A DNA stretch of 64,000 bases. It comes from Vulcanimicrobiota bacterium (GTDB lineage Bacteria; Vulcanimicrobiota; Xenobia; Xenobiales; JADMJV01). Below are positions 1 to 8,652 of the stretch, piece by piece. The position numbers were made by a program, and so were the translations under genes. The notes under the pieces were generated by a model. It was given only the letters and a program-made list of their open reading frames with translations. It ran no database searches and was not told the DNA's origin. Positions within the stretch are counted from its first letter, which is position 1, and each line of letters begins with the position of its first letter. Location: the NCBI GenBank assembly GCA_050250895.1, contig JBFWNU010000008.1:128001-192000 (forward strand), written 5' to 3'.

Positions 1-772
1 ATACATAGTGGCGGTCGCGGTGCCATTTGACCAGGTCACTCTGGTGCTGCAACGACCAGACATGCTCGGCCACGGCCTCGATGAACTCCACCACGTTCGC
101 GGTGGCGCCCAGCCCGAGATGGAGCCCGAGCTGGAGTCCGAAGGTGGTGCGTACCACCGGCTTGTTGACCATTACATCCACGCCTGAGAGTTCGAGCAGG
201 CTCATGGTGGCTTGGAGCGGGCTGACTGCCTGCGACTGGTTGATGGCCCGCAAATGGGGATAGCGGTCCGAGGTCAGCAGTTCGAGGTGGGTGTTGGTCA
301 TGGCCAACCCGGCCGCCGGAAACTTCTCGACGTAGGCATAGAGGGTCTGGCCGAAGTGTTCGGGTGAGGCGCTCACCAGTTGGCGGGCCAGGGGGTCCAT
401 GCGCGGCGTGTTCTGAAAACGAGCAAATCCCCGCCCGAGGCCGCTGAAGGAAGAGAGGATGGTCTCGACAACGCGGCCGTGGTTGGAGCCTTCAAAGTCG
501 TCGAGAACGGCCACCATGGCGTAGGGATTGTAGTCTCCCACCAGTTGGGCCTGGGTGGCCTGGCTCATCACCCAGTCCTGGGTGTCAAAAACGCAAGCAT
601 CGGGTGATTGAAAGAAGTTCAGGAAGGCATAAGTGTCGTCGTCGGGGTCGCAGTGGACGTTACCGTTCTGGAAGACGTTGGTGAGGTCCGAACCGAGGGA
701 TTCGGTTTCTTCGCTTGACCAGCTCGGACTGATGGCCCAGCTTCTTTGGTTGGGGTGGGTTGGCGTGCTCAC
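1..772 (-). CDS. Partial CDS running off the window start; subtilisin (S8)-like protein
   Basis: Absent from the ORF track because its stop is outside the window. Manual translation from GTG at 772 is open to position 1 and includes MVAVLDDFEGSNHGRVVETIL, resembling the S8 Asp and His motifs. TACCAT lies 6 nt upstream of the GTG. Confidence 0.6.
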   Translation of the reverse strand, partial: MSTPTHPNQRSWAISPSWSSEETESLGSDLTNVFQNGNVHCDPDDDTYAFLNFFQSPDACVFDTQDWVMSQATQAQLVGDYNPYAMVAVLDDFEGSNHGRVVETILSSFSGLGRGFARFQNTPRMDPLARQLVSASPEHFGQTLYAYVEKFPAAGLAMTNTHLELLTSDRYPHLRAINQSQAVSPLQATMSLLELSGVDVMVNKPVVRTTFGLQLGLHLGLGATANVVEFIEAVAEHVWSLQHQSDLVKWHRDRHYV

Positions 773-896
773 AATCCCATGGTAGAGAATTGCAATCTCG
801 ATTTTCCCTCGAGTGGACGAAAATTGTTGAAAACATGTGAGAGAAATGTGAACAGCTTTCGGTAGGAGGTGTCCCTTCGGCCAAGAAGCGGCCGGC

Positions 897-2132
897 ATGA
901 AAGTCCTGGTTATCGGCTCGGGGGGCCGCGAGCACGCACTGGCCCATACTTTGTCGCATTCTCCTTCGGTGGAGTTGGTGGATGTCAGCCCCGGCAACGG
1001 CGGCACCTGGTGGGACGCCGGTGGGCGGGCCGCCTGCCGCAGTCTGGCCGAGGCTGACCCGAAGCAATACGATCTGGTGGTCATCGGGCCCGAGGCGCCG
1101 CTGGCTGATGGGCTGGCCGATCGTCTGTTAGAGGCCGGAGTGCCGGTCTTCGGGCCCACCCGGGCGGCCGCCCGCATCGAGACCTCGAAGCGGTTCGCCA
1201 AAGAGCTGATGCGCTCGCTCGACGTGCCCACTGCCGACTTCGTGGTCTGTGAGACCTACCAGCAGGCCCGGGCCGAACTCGAGCGGTTCGGCGCGCCAGT
1301 GGTGATCAAGGCGGATGGATTGGCAGCCGGAAAGGGCGTGGGGGTGTTCGAACAGATGGGACCGGCCCAAGAGTTCTTGCACTCGTTGATGGATAGCGAG
1401 AAATTTGGCCAGGCCGGGCAGACGGTGTTGCTCGAAGAGCGGTTGGAGGGTCCCGAGCTTTCGGTGCTGGCCTTCTGCGACGGCAAGAAGGCCGTGCAGA
1501 TGCCCGCCGCTCGCGACCACAAACGCCTCGAAGAGGGTGACCGTGGGCCGAACACCGGTGGCATGGGAGCTTTCTCGCCGGTGCCCGGTGTCGACGTCGA
1601 GTTGCTGGCCCAGGTCCAGGAGGAGATTTTCGACCCGGTCATGGCCGCCTTGGCCGCTCGAGGCTGTCCCTTCGTGGGAGTGCTCTATGCCGGGCTCATT
1701 CTGACCGCGTCTGGCCCCAAGGTTCTCGAGTTCAACTGTCGCTTCGGCGATCCCGAGACCCAGGTGGTATTGCCCTTGTTCGAGGGCGACCTGGCCCGAT
1801 TGATGCTGGCCTGCACTCGCGGCAAGCTCGACCCCACCCTGTTGCGCTGGAGCAAGGACACGTGCGCGGCCGTGGTCATGGCTTCGGCCGGCTATCCGGA
1901 GTCGGCCCAGAAGGGAGTGCCCATCCAGTTGCCCGAGGAGGGCCTGATCTTCCACGCCGGCACGGCCAGGGGCCCCGAGGGGCTGGTGACGGCCGGCGGT
2001 AGGGTTCTGGCTGCGGTGGGGCGAGGTCAGGATCTGGGCCAGGCTCTAGAGGCGGCCTACGCGCTGGTCGAGCAAGTCCATTTCGAAGGCGCCGTCTATC
2101 GCAAGGACATTGGCAAGGTCGCAGTTTCTTGA
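897..2132 (+). CDS. purD: Phosphoribosylamine--glycine ligase
   Basis: MKVLVIGSGGREHALA N-terminus, VIKADGLAAGKGV, GPNTGGMGA, EFNCRFGDPETQ. Confidence 0.97.
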   Translation: MKVLVIGSGGREHALAHTLSHSPSVELVDVSPGNGGTWWDAGGRAACRSLAEADPKQYDLVVIGPEAPLADGLADRLLEAGVPVFGPTRAAARIETSKRFAKELMRSLDVPTADFVVCETYQQARAELERFGAPVVIKADGLAAGKGVGVFEQMGPAQEFLHSLMDSEKFGQAGQTVLLEERLEGPELSVLAFCDGKKAVQMPAARDHKRLEEGDRGPNTGGMGAFSPVPGVDVELLAQVQEEIFDPVMAALAARGCPFVGVLYAGLILTASGPKVLEFNCRFGDPETQVVLPLFEGDLARLMLACTRGKLDPTLLRWSKDTCAAVVMASAGYPESAQKGVPIQLPEEGLIFHAGTARGPEGLVTAGGRVLAAVGRGQDLGQALEAAYALVEQVHFEGAVYRKDIGKVAVS

Positions 2133-3139
2133 GCCAGGCTTATCGTCAAGCCGGCGTCGATCTCGAGGCCGGGGCCCGGGCCGTGGCCTCGATGGCCGAG
2201 GTCGTTTCAGCCACCTATACCGACGAGGTCCTGTCCAAAGTTGGCAGTTTCGGGGGTCTTTTTGACGCGGGCCGGTTGGCCGGCCTCAAAGACCCGGTGC
2301 TGGTCGCTTCCACCGATGGGGTAGGGACCAAGGTCAAAGTGGCTCAGGCCATGGGCCGCTGGGACTCGATCGGACGCGACCTGGTCCACCATTGCATCAA
2401 CGACATCCTGGTCCAGGGCGCCCGCCCCCTCTTCTTTTTGGATTTTCTCGGCTGTGAGAAGCTGGTACCCGAGCAAGCGGCGGCAGTGGTCGGGGGAGTT
2501 GCGCGAGCCTGTGGCGACTATGGATGCCCGCTGTTGGGTGGCGAGACGGCCGAGATGGCCGATGTCTATCGAGAGGGCCAGCTCGAACTGGTGGGTACGA
2601 TTGTAGGGGTGGTTCCCCGGGCCGAGATCATCGATGGCTCTCGCTTGAGCGAAGGAGATGCCCTGCTCGCCTGGCCGTCATCCGGCTTGCACACCAACGG
2701 CTACACCCTGGCCCGCAAAGTGCTGGCCGACCTTGATTGGAACGAGCCCAACGACCAGCTGGGCTGCTCGATCGGGCAAGCGCTGTTGGCCGTGCATCGT
2801 TGCTATCTCGATTCGGCCGAGATCGCCCTCGAAGCCGGCATCGACCTCAAGGGGCTCGCCCACATCACGGGGGGTGGGATCCCGGGCAATCTCAGCCGCA
2901 TCATGCCTGAGGGTTTGACGGCCGAGGTTGATCTGAGCAAGGTCGTGGCGCCGCCGATCTTTGACCTGATCGCCGAAAAGGGTTCCCTCGAGCGCCAGGA
3001 CATGCTGGCGGCTTTCAACCTGGGGGTCGGGATGATCGCGGTGGTGCCGGCCGAGCAAGCGCGCCGGGCCCGCGAAGTGGTGCCCGAACTAATTCCGGTC
3101 GGGCAGGTGGTGGCCGGCACCGAGATGATCGTGCGTTGA
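2129..3139 (+). CDS. purM: AIR synthase (phosphoribosylformylglycinamidine cyclo-ligase)
   Basis: YRQAGVD, STDGVGTK, GGETAEM, SSGLHTNGY, AHITGGG; 4-nt overlap with purD. Confidence 0.96.
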   Translation: MSQAYRQAGVDLEAGARAVASMAEVVSATYTDEVLSKVGSFGGLFDAGRLAGLKDPVLVASTDGVGTKVKVAQAMGRWDSIGRDLVHHCINDILVQGARPLFFLDFLGCEKLVPEQAAAVVGGVARACGDYGCPLLGGETAEMADVYREGQLELVGTIVGVVPRAEIIDGSRLSEGDALLAWPSSGLHTNGYTLARKVLADLDWNEPNDQLGCSIGQALLAVHRCYLDSAEIALEAGIDLKGLAHITGGGIPGNLSRIMPEGLTAEVDLSKVVAPPIFDLIAEKGSLERQDMLAAFNLGVGMIAVVPAEQARRAREVVPELIPVGQVVAGTEMIVR

Positions 3140-3693
3140 AGCGCCTGGTGGTGCTGGTTTCAGGCTCGGGCAGCAATCTTCAGGCTTTGCTTGATAGCCA
3201 GTCAGAGTTAGAAGCCAGGGTGGTGCTGGTGGTCTCGAATCGGCCGGGTGTGCGCGCCCTACAAAGGGCTGCCGAGGCCGGGGTCGAGACCTGTGTGCTC
3301 GAGGCCGAGCCCGACCGTGCTGCCTATGACTGCAAACTCGCCGCCCGCGTGGCCCAGGCCGCGCCCGACCTGGTGGTATTGGCTGGCTTCATGCGCATTC
3401 TTGGGGACCGGTTTCTGGAGCGGTTCCCGGGCCGCGTGATCAATCTTCACCCCGCCCTGCCAGGTCACTATCCCGGTCTGGACGCCATCGGGCGGGCCTT
3501 TCGGGACGGCCGGTCCGAGACCGGCTGCATGGTGCACTATGTGGTGCCTGAGGTCGATGCCGGTCCGGTGATCGCCAGCGAGAAAGTCGCGATCCATGCT
3601 CAAGACACCCTGGAGAGTCTGACCGAGCGGATGCATCAGGTCGAGCATGCCTTGCTGGTTCGAGCCGTGGCCCTCGCCCTGCGCCATGGCTGA
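3136..3693 (+). CDS. purN: Phosphoribosylglycinamide formyltransferase
   Basis: VLVSGSGSNLQAL, LAGFMRIL, INLHPALP, VDAGP. Confidence 0.96.
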   Translation: MKRLVVLVSGSGSNLQALLDSQSELEARVVLVVSNRPGVRALQRAAEAGVETCVLEAEPDRAAYDCKLAARVAQAAPDLVVLAGFMRILGDRFLERFPGRVINLHPALPGHYPGLDAIGRAFRDGRSETGCMVHYVVPEVDAGPVIASEKVAIHAQDTLESLTERMHQVEHALLVRAVALALRHG

Positions 3694-4345
3694 GAGCTGG
3701 GACCCCCAGGTTCAGCGTGCCGGCCTGCGCGGCTTTGCCCGCATTCGGGCCGTGTTATGGGAGCGTTCGCTGGGCTTTTACGAATGGTTCTGCCTCGGCC
3801 GCTTCGACTGGTGGTGGAAGCTGCGCCGGGCCATGCGGCTGGCTTTTCGCGATTGTGACCCTATCGAGCTGGCCAATCGCTATTATCCAGAGCTGGTCTA
3901 TGGCGAAACGCCGCCGGTCACTATCTATAGCCTGCTCGGTTCGCTCGAACTGCCGCTTGCTTTACGGTTGGTGGACCTTGGCTGCGGCTGTGGGTGGGTC
4001 AGTCTGACCGCCGCCTCGATGGGCTATGCGGCGGTGGGTGTCGACCTGGTCCCCGAATACCTGGAACGAGCCCGCCAGGTAGCCACCCGGCTGGATTTGC
4101 CGGCCGAATTCGTGAAGGCTGACCTGACCCGCCTGGACTTGCCCGAGGGCGACCTCTATTGGGTGTCGGCTACGGCTCTGCCGGAGCCGGTCAAAGCTCA
4201 CCTGGCCCAGGCCCTCTCGTCCCGGCCGGCGGGCACGCTGGCGGTGTGCCAGGATTGGTCCCCCGGTCCACCGCTGGAGCGCATCTGGCAGGTGCGGTTG
4301 CCGGTCAGCTTCGGCATTTCTACCTTCGAGGTGTGGCGCGTCTAG
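3686..4345 (+). CDS. Class I SAM-dependent methyltransferase
   Basis: YGET and VDLGCGCG SAM-binding motif; ATG at 3686 overlaps the purN end. Confidence 0.75.
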   Translation: MAESWDPQVQRAGLRGFARIRAVLWERSLGFYEWFCLGRFDWWWKLRRAMRLAFRDCDPIELANRYYPELVYGETPPVTIYSLLGSLELPLALRLVDLGCGCGWVSLTAASMGYAAVGVDLVPEYLERARQVATRLDLPAEFVKADLTRLDLPEGDLYWVSATALPEPVKAHLAQALSSRPAGTLAVCQDWSPGPPLERIWQVRLPVSFGISTFEVWRV

Positions 4346-5856
4346 TGGCGAAATCGCCGCTGGCCGGTGAACGCCATGGCGATTCCCAGGCGATCGCAGG
4401 CTTCGATCACTTCGGGGTCGCGCAGCGAGCCGCCGGGCTGGACGATGTAGCCGACTCCCGCGGCGGCCGCCGCCTCGATGTTGTCGGCGAACGGAAAGAA
4501 GGCGTCCGAGGCCAACACCGCTCCTTCTAGGCTGGTGCCGTTGGCCCGCCGCAAAGCGATTTCGACGGCGTCCACGCGATTGGGCTGGCCACCGCCCAGG
4601 CCCAACGTGACCAGGCCCCCCGGGGCGGCTGCGGCCAGGGCGATGGCATTGGACTTCAGGCAGCCGGCCGCGGTCATGGCAAAGTCGGCCAGGGGGCCCA
4701 GACTGTCAGGAAAGGGCTTGCGAGTGACCGTTTCTAGCTTGAAGGCGTCGGGCCGGTCAGGTTGCTGCAAAAGGACTCGTCCCTGACGACCCACCCACTG
4801 GTGGCTGAAGGCGGCCGGCACCTTCCCCTCCGGGGGCATCACCACCAAGAGGCGAAGATTGCCTTTGGCGGCTAGCGTCGCGAGCGCCTCGGGCGAGAAG
4901 GCCGGGGCCGCGATGACCTCCACAAAACGCCCTTCGAAGGCGGCGGCGGCCGTCTGATCGACCTCGCTCGAGAAGGCCACCACCGAGCCGAAGGCACTCT
5001 TGGAGTCGGCTTCCCAGGCCAGTTCGAAGGCCTGGGCGGCGGTGGCGGCCTGGGCCAATCCGCAGGGAGCCGCATGCTTGACCACGCAGCAACGAATCGA
5101 CCCCGGCTCGAGCGGCATGAGAGCCGCCTCCAGGTCGAGCAGATTGTTGTAGGAGAGTTCTTTGCCTTGCAACTGAGTGAAGGCCGGGGGCTGTCCGGCC
5201 AGGCGATAGCTGGCCGCCCCTTGATGAGGATTCTCGCCATAGCGCAGGGTTTGTTCGCGCTCGAGCGGGATGCTCAACTGGGCGGGGAAGGGGTCGGGCT
5301 CGAGCGCGGCCGCAATCTGAGCGTCGTAGCTGGCGGTGTGAGCGAAGGCCAGATTGCGCAGGCGGGTGCGCGTAGCCGCCGTAACGGGTTGTTCAGCCAG
5401 CACCTGGGCGTAGTCCTGGGGGCGACAGAGCACCACTACATTGTCGCTGTTCTTGGCTGCTGCCCTCAGCAAGGTAGGGCCGCCAACATCGATCTGCTCC
5501 ACCCATTCTTGCTGATCCGAGCTGGACTGATAGGTCTGGGCGAAGGGATAGAGGTTGACCACCACCAGGTCGATGGGAGGGATATCAAGACGAGCCGCGT
5601 CCTGGTCGTCGATGCCTCGACGATAGAGGATACCGCCGTGAACCCTGGGGTGGAGTGTCTTGATTCGTCCCCCGAACGATTCGGGGAAGCCGGTGTATTC
5701 TTCGATGTCGGTCACTGCGACCCCGAACCCGCGCAGCGCTTTGGCCGTGCCACCGGTGGACAACACCTGAGGGGGCGGGTTCTGGGCCAGCAGGGCGGCT
5801 GCCAGAAGGTCGAGACTCGTCTTGTCTGATACGGAAATCAGCGCGCGTGCGAACAT
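4342..5856 (-). CDS. purH: Bifunctional AICAR transformylase/IMP cyclohydrolase
   Basis: RALISVSDK, GRIKTLHP, LRYGENPHQ, ASDAFFPF, QPGGSLRD, FTGQRRFRH; start placed at ATG 5856. Confidence 0.95.
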   Translation of the reverse strand: MFARALISVSDKTSLDLLAAALLAQNPPPQVLSTGGTAKALRGFGVAVTDIEEYTGFPESFGGRIKTLHPRVHGGILYRRGIDDQDAARLDIPPIDLVVVNLYPFAQTYQSSSDQQEWVEQIDVGGPTLLRAAAKNSDNVVVLCRPQDYAQVLAEQPVTAATRTRLRNLAFAHTASYDAQIAAALEPDPFPAQLSIPLEREQTLRYGENPHQGAASYRLAGQPPAFTQLQGKELSYNNLLDLEAALMPLEPGSIRCCVVKHAAPCGLAQAATAAQAFELAWEADSKSAFGSVVAFSSEVDQTAAAAFEGRFVEVIAAPAFSPEALATLAAKGNLRLLVVMPPEGKVPAAFSHQWVGRQGRVLLQQPDRPDAFKLETVTRKPFPDSLGPLADFAMTAAGCLKSNAIALAAAAPGGLVTLGLGGGQPNRVDAVEIALRRANGTSLEGAVLASDAFFPFADNIEAAAAAGVGYIVQPGGSLRDPEVIEACDRLGIAMAFTGQRRFRH

Positions 5857-5969
5857 CGGGCCGCCTTCTGGCCCCAGTGGGGTGATCCTTCCGGGGGTTT
5901 TACCTGGCGGCAAGGAATCGAGGGGGTTCTCCAAAGTCTGGTCCAAACTGCTGGCCCTATCATGAGAGT

Positions 5970-6599
5970 ATGAGGATTCCAGGTTTTGACCCCGCCCGCC
6001 GCGCTAAACGACTGGCCGCTCGAGAGCAGGTCCGCCAACTGGCCCAGGACGAGTTTCAATACAGCCGCCCCAAGATGGTGGGTGCCTGGGCCGCCGCCGG
6101 TGCCGCCAGTGCGGCCGCTGGAGTCGGGATCGGGCAGGCCTGGAAGGCCCTGGCTCTGCCGACCAACTTTGGGCCGGCGGGAATGATGATCGGGGGGGCG
6201 CTGGGGGCAGCGGCCACTTACTGGGCCCTGGGCGACAAGACCGATAGGACCGTGCGACTCGGGGTCTCGGCCGCGGTCGGGGTGGCCTCGGCGGTGGCCT
6301 GGCACAGTCTCGGTTTGGCCGGGTTACAAGAAGGAATGGGTATGGCCGTGGGTGGGGCCATCGGCGCCTATGTCGGCGCCAAATCGGCGCCCGAGGGCTC
6401 GTCCTGGTGGGAGCACGCGGCCGCGGCCACCTATGGCGTCGGCATCTGCCACGTGGCCGGCATCGTGGGAGCCACCGGCAGTGTGGCCGGCATGGTGGGC
6501 GCGTCGCTGTTTCCGGTGTTGACCGGCGCCTCGGGTTATCTGCTGAGCGGGGTCAATATCCGCGGTAAGGTGCGGGAACTGATGCACTCAGCGCACTAG
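5970..6599 (+). CDS. Hypothetical Gly/Ala-rich membrane protein
   Basis: 209-aa ORF with several hydrophobic GxxxG-rich helices; TATCAT 6 nt upstream of ATG. Confidence 0.65.
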   Translation: MRIPGFDPARRAKRLAAREQVRQLAQDEFQYSRPKMVGAWAAAGAASAAAGVGIGQAWKALALPTNFGPAGMMIGGALGAAATYWALGDKTDRTVRLGVSAAVGVASAVAWHSLGLAGLQEGMGMAVGGAIGAYVGAKSAPEGSSWWEHAAAATYGVGICHVAGIVGATGSVAGMVGASLFPVLTGASGYLLSGVNIRGKVRELMHSAH

Positions 6600-7547
6600 T
6601 TCCAGTTGCCCCTCCAGGTCGTCTAGCTCGCGGCGCCAGAAGCCGTGCGACTCGACATCGGGATAGAGTCGAAAGAAGGCCGGGTCCTTGCGTCGCTTGG
6701 CCACCCAGGCGGCATGGCGAACGAACTTGAGGGCCCGGAGCGGTTCGATCAGTTCCAGTTCTTTGCGGTCGAAGGCTCGATGGCGCTGATAGCTGTCGAG
6801 AAAGACCTCGCGCAGGGCCAGCGCGTCGTTGTCGCGCCCGGGCAACAGCATCCATAGATCTTGCACCGCCGGTCCGGTGGTAGTGTCATCGAAGTCGACA
6901 AAACTCGGACCCAGGCTCGACCACAAAATGTTGCCCCGGTGCAGATCGCCGTGTAGACGCAATTGCTGGTGCCGGTTGAAGCGATCCTTTAGCCGAGAGC
7001 AGAGGGTTTGGACCCGCTCTTGATAGCGCTGCCAGATGGGTCCGGGCACGACCTTCTCGCGGGCCAGCTCCTGCAGGCTTTTGAGGCCCCAGTCCGCCGG
7101 GCCGACGCTAGGCCGGCGGCGATGGCGTCCTCGAGCACCGACTTGATGCAGGCGCGCCACCAGGCCGCCCAACAGGTCGGCGTGCTCGAAGTCGACCTCA
7201 TCAGGCATACGCCCCAGGTGGTGAGGAAAGATGGTGAAAAAGATGCCCTCCACCTGACCCACGGTGGCCCCGTTCTCGAGCTCGACCGGCGGGCGCACCG
7301 GCAGGTCGGCCTCGAACAACTCGTCCATGAAGTCGTGCTCTTCCTCGAGGGCGGCCCGGCTCCAGCGGCCGGGGCGATAAAACTTACCTACCCAGCGTTC
7401 CCCCTCCAAGTCTTCCACCCCCACCACCCGATTCTCCATCGAGTTGAGCCAGCGCAGGGTGGGGGTGAGCTCGAGTCCGGCCTGGGCAAAGGCCTGGTGG
7501 ATCCGGTCCGGGGTGAGATTGTAGAAATACTCGGTGCTGGTGGCCAT
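6588..7547 (-). CDS. srkA: Stress-response Ser/Thr kinase, SrkA/RdoA family
   Basis: LNSMENRV, KFYRPGRWS, EEHDF, RLHGDLHRGNILW, VDFDD, GPAVQDLWML. Confidence 0.9.
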   Translation of the reverse strand: MATSTEYFYNLTPDRIHQAFAQAGLELTPTLRWLNSMENRVVGVEDLEGERWVGKFYRPGRWSRAALEEEHDFMDELFEADLPVRPPVELENGATVGQVEGIFFTIFPHHLGRMPDEVDFEHADLLGGLVARLHQVGARGRHRRRPSVGPADWGLKSLQELAREKVVPGPIWQRYQERVQTLCSRLKDRFNRHQQLRLHGDLHRGNILWSSLGPSFVDFDDTTTGPAVQDLWMLLPGRDNDALALREVFLDSYQRHRAFDRKELELIEPLRALKFVRHAAWVAKRRKDPAFFRLYPDVESHGFWRRELDDLEGQLELVR

Positions 7548-7605
7548 GGGCGGCCCTTCCTCTAGCTTCAGGGAAAGCCTGCCGGGTCCGGCGAAACCGG
7601 TTCGG

Positions 7606-8652
7606 ATGCGCGAAGAGCTAGCCAGGCTACTGGGGCAACTCGAGGGCGATACTGCTCGAGTCCGGGGTCGTTTCACCTTTGACCCGGTGGTCGGCTTACG
7701 CCGGTTGGCCCAGGACCGCTTTCGCCAGCCCGAGAGCTATCTGTTGGCGCTGGTCCAGGCAGCCGTGGCGGCCGGGGCCCGTCGCTTTGAGCTCGAGCGT
7801 CATCCCCTCTACGCCTGCGCCTGTTGGGATGGAGACAGCAGTCGCCTGGAGCCGCTCGCGACCTGTCTGCGGTCACTGACGGCCGAACATTTGCTGTTCT
7901 GGCCTATGGTGGGCGCGGCCGCCAGCGGGGCCTCGAGAGTGTTATTACAGACCCGGGCCCAGTCTCAGGCTCTTTTGATCGAGCCCGGCCGGTTGGAGAT
8001 GGTCGAATTGCCAAGCCGCCGTCCCGAGTTGGGCTGGAGCCATCGACTGCTGTTGTCATTTGCGGCCGGTCGAGGCTTCCGTAAGGTTCCCACCGAGTTG
8101 TCGGTGCTGCGCGAGCGGTGCCTTTTCGCGCCGCTTCGGCTCAGCTGCAACGGCTCGCCGCTCGAGCCCGAAGTCGGGAAGCCGGGCCGTAGCTGGCCCT
8201 GGAAGGCCCGGCCCGGAGTGCTGCTGGAGTGGGTCTATCCGGGTTGGGGACTGTATCTGCCAGCCGTCAAAGGGCAGCTGCGCGAGCTGCGCCCCGAGGG
8301 CCCGGGCTCGGCCCGGGTCGCTTTGCCGCCCCAGGGCACCCGCAGCTACGGAGCCTGGCTGGCCCTCGAGAGCGACCTGTCACCGGGCCTGGAGTGTCGG
8401 GTCGTCCACCAGGGCGTGGTGGTTGCGCGTACCCTCCTGGCGGCGCGGCTGGGCGGTCTGGCTGTGTGCTCGAGCGAGGGGATGGAGCTCGAGGCGTCGG
8501 GTCTGCGCCTGGTGGACCAGCGCTGGCCAGCCACGGTGACTGTCTTCGAGACGGAGCTCGAACGCCTGATCGAGCGGGCCCGGGGCCTCGGAGACAGCCT
8601 GCCTCTAAGCCCGGCCGGCCGGCGCCGGCTTCAGGCTGAGGCCGGCCAGTAG
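7606..8652 (+). CDS. Hypothetical protein with possible degenerate GHKL/HtpG-like N-terminal region
   Basis: RGRFTFD...YLLALVQAAVAAGA resembles the HtpG/GHKL N-box region without the conserved Asn; the rest is unrecognised. Confidence 0.5.
   Translation: MREELARLLGQLEGDTARVRGRFTFDPVVGLRRLAQDRFRQPESYLLALVQAAVAAGARRFELERHPLYACACWDGDSSRLEPLATCLRSLTAEHLLFWPMVGAAASGASRVLLQTRAQSQALLIEPGRLEMVELPSRRPELGWSHRLLLSFAAGRGFRKVPTELSVLRERCLFAPLRLSCNGSPLEPEVGKPGRSWPWKARPGVLLEWVYPGWGLYLPAVKGQLRELRPEGPGSARVALPPQGTRSYGAWLALESDLSPGLECRVVHQGVVVARTLLAARLGGLAVCSSEGMELEASGLRLVDQRWPATVTVFETELERLIERARGLGDSLPLSPAGRRRLQAEAGQ

Noticed and set aside
5857-5969. ZMP/ZTP riboswitch upstream of purH
   Set aside because: The conserved GACUGGCG/GGGGAGC/GCCUGGGC elements were not found.
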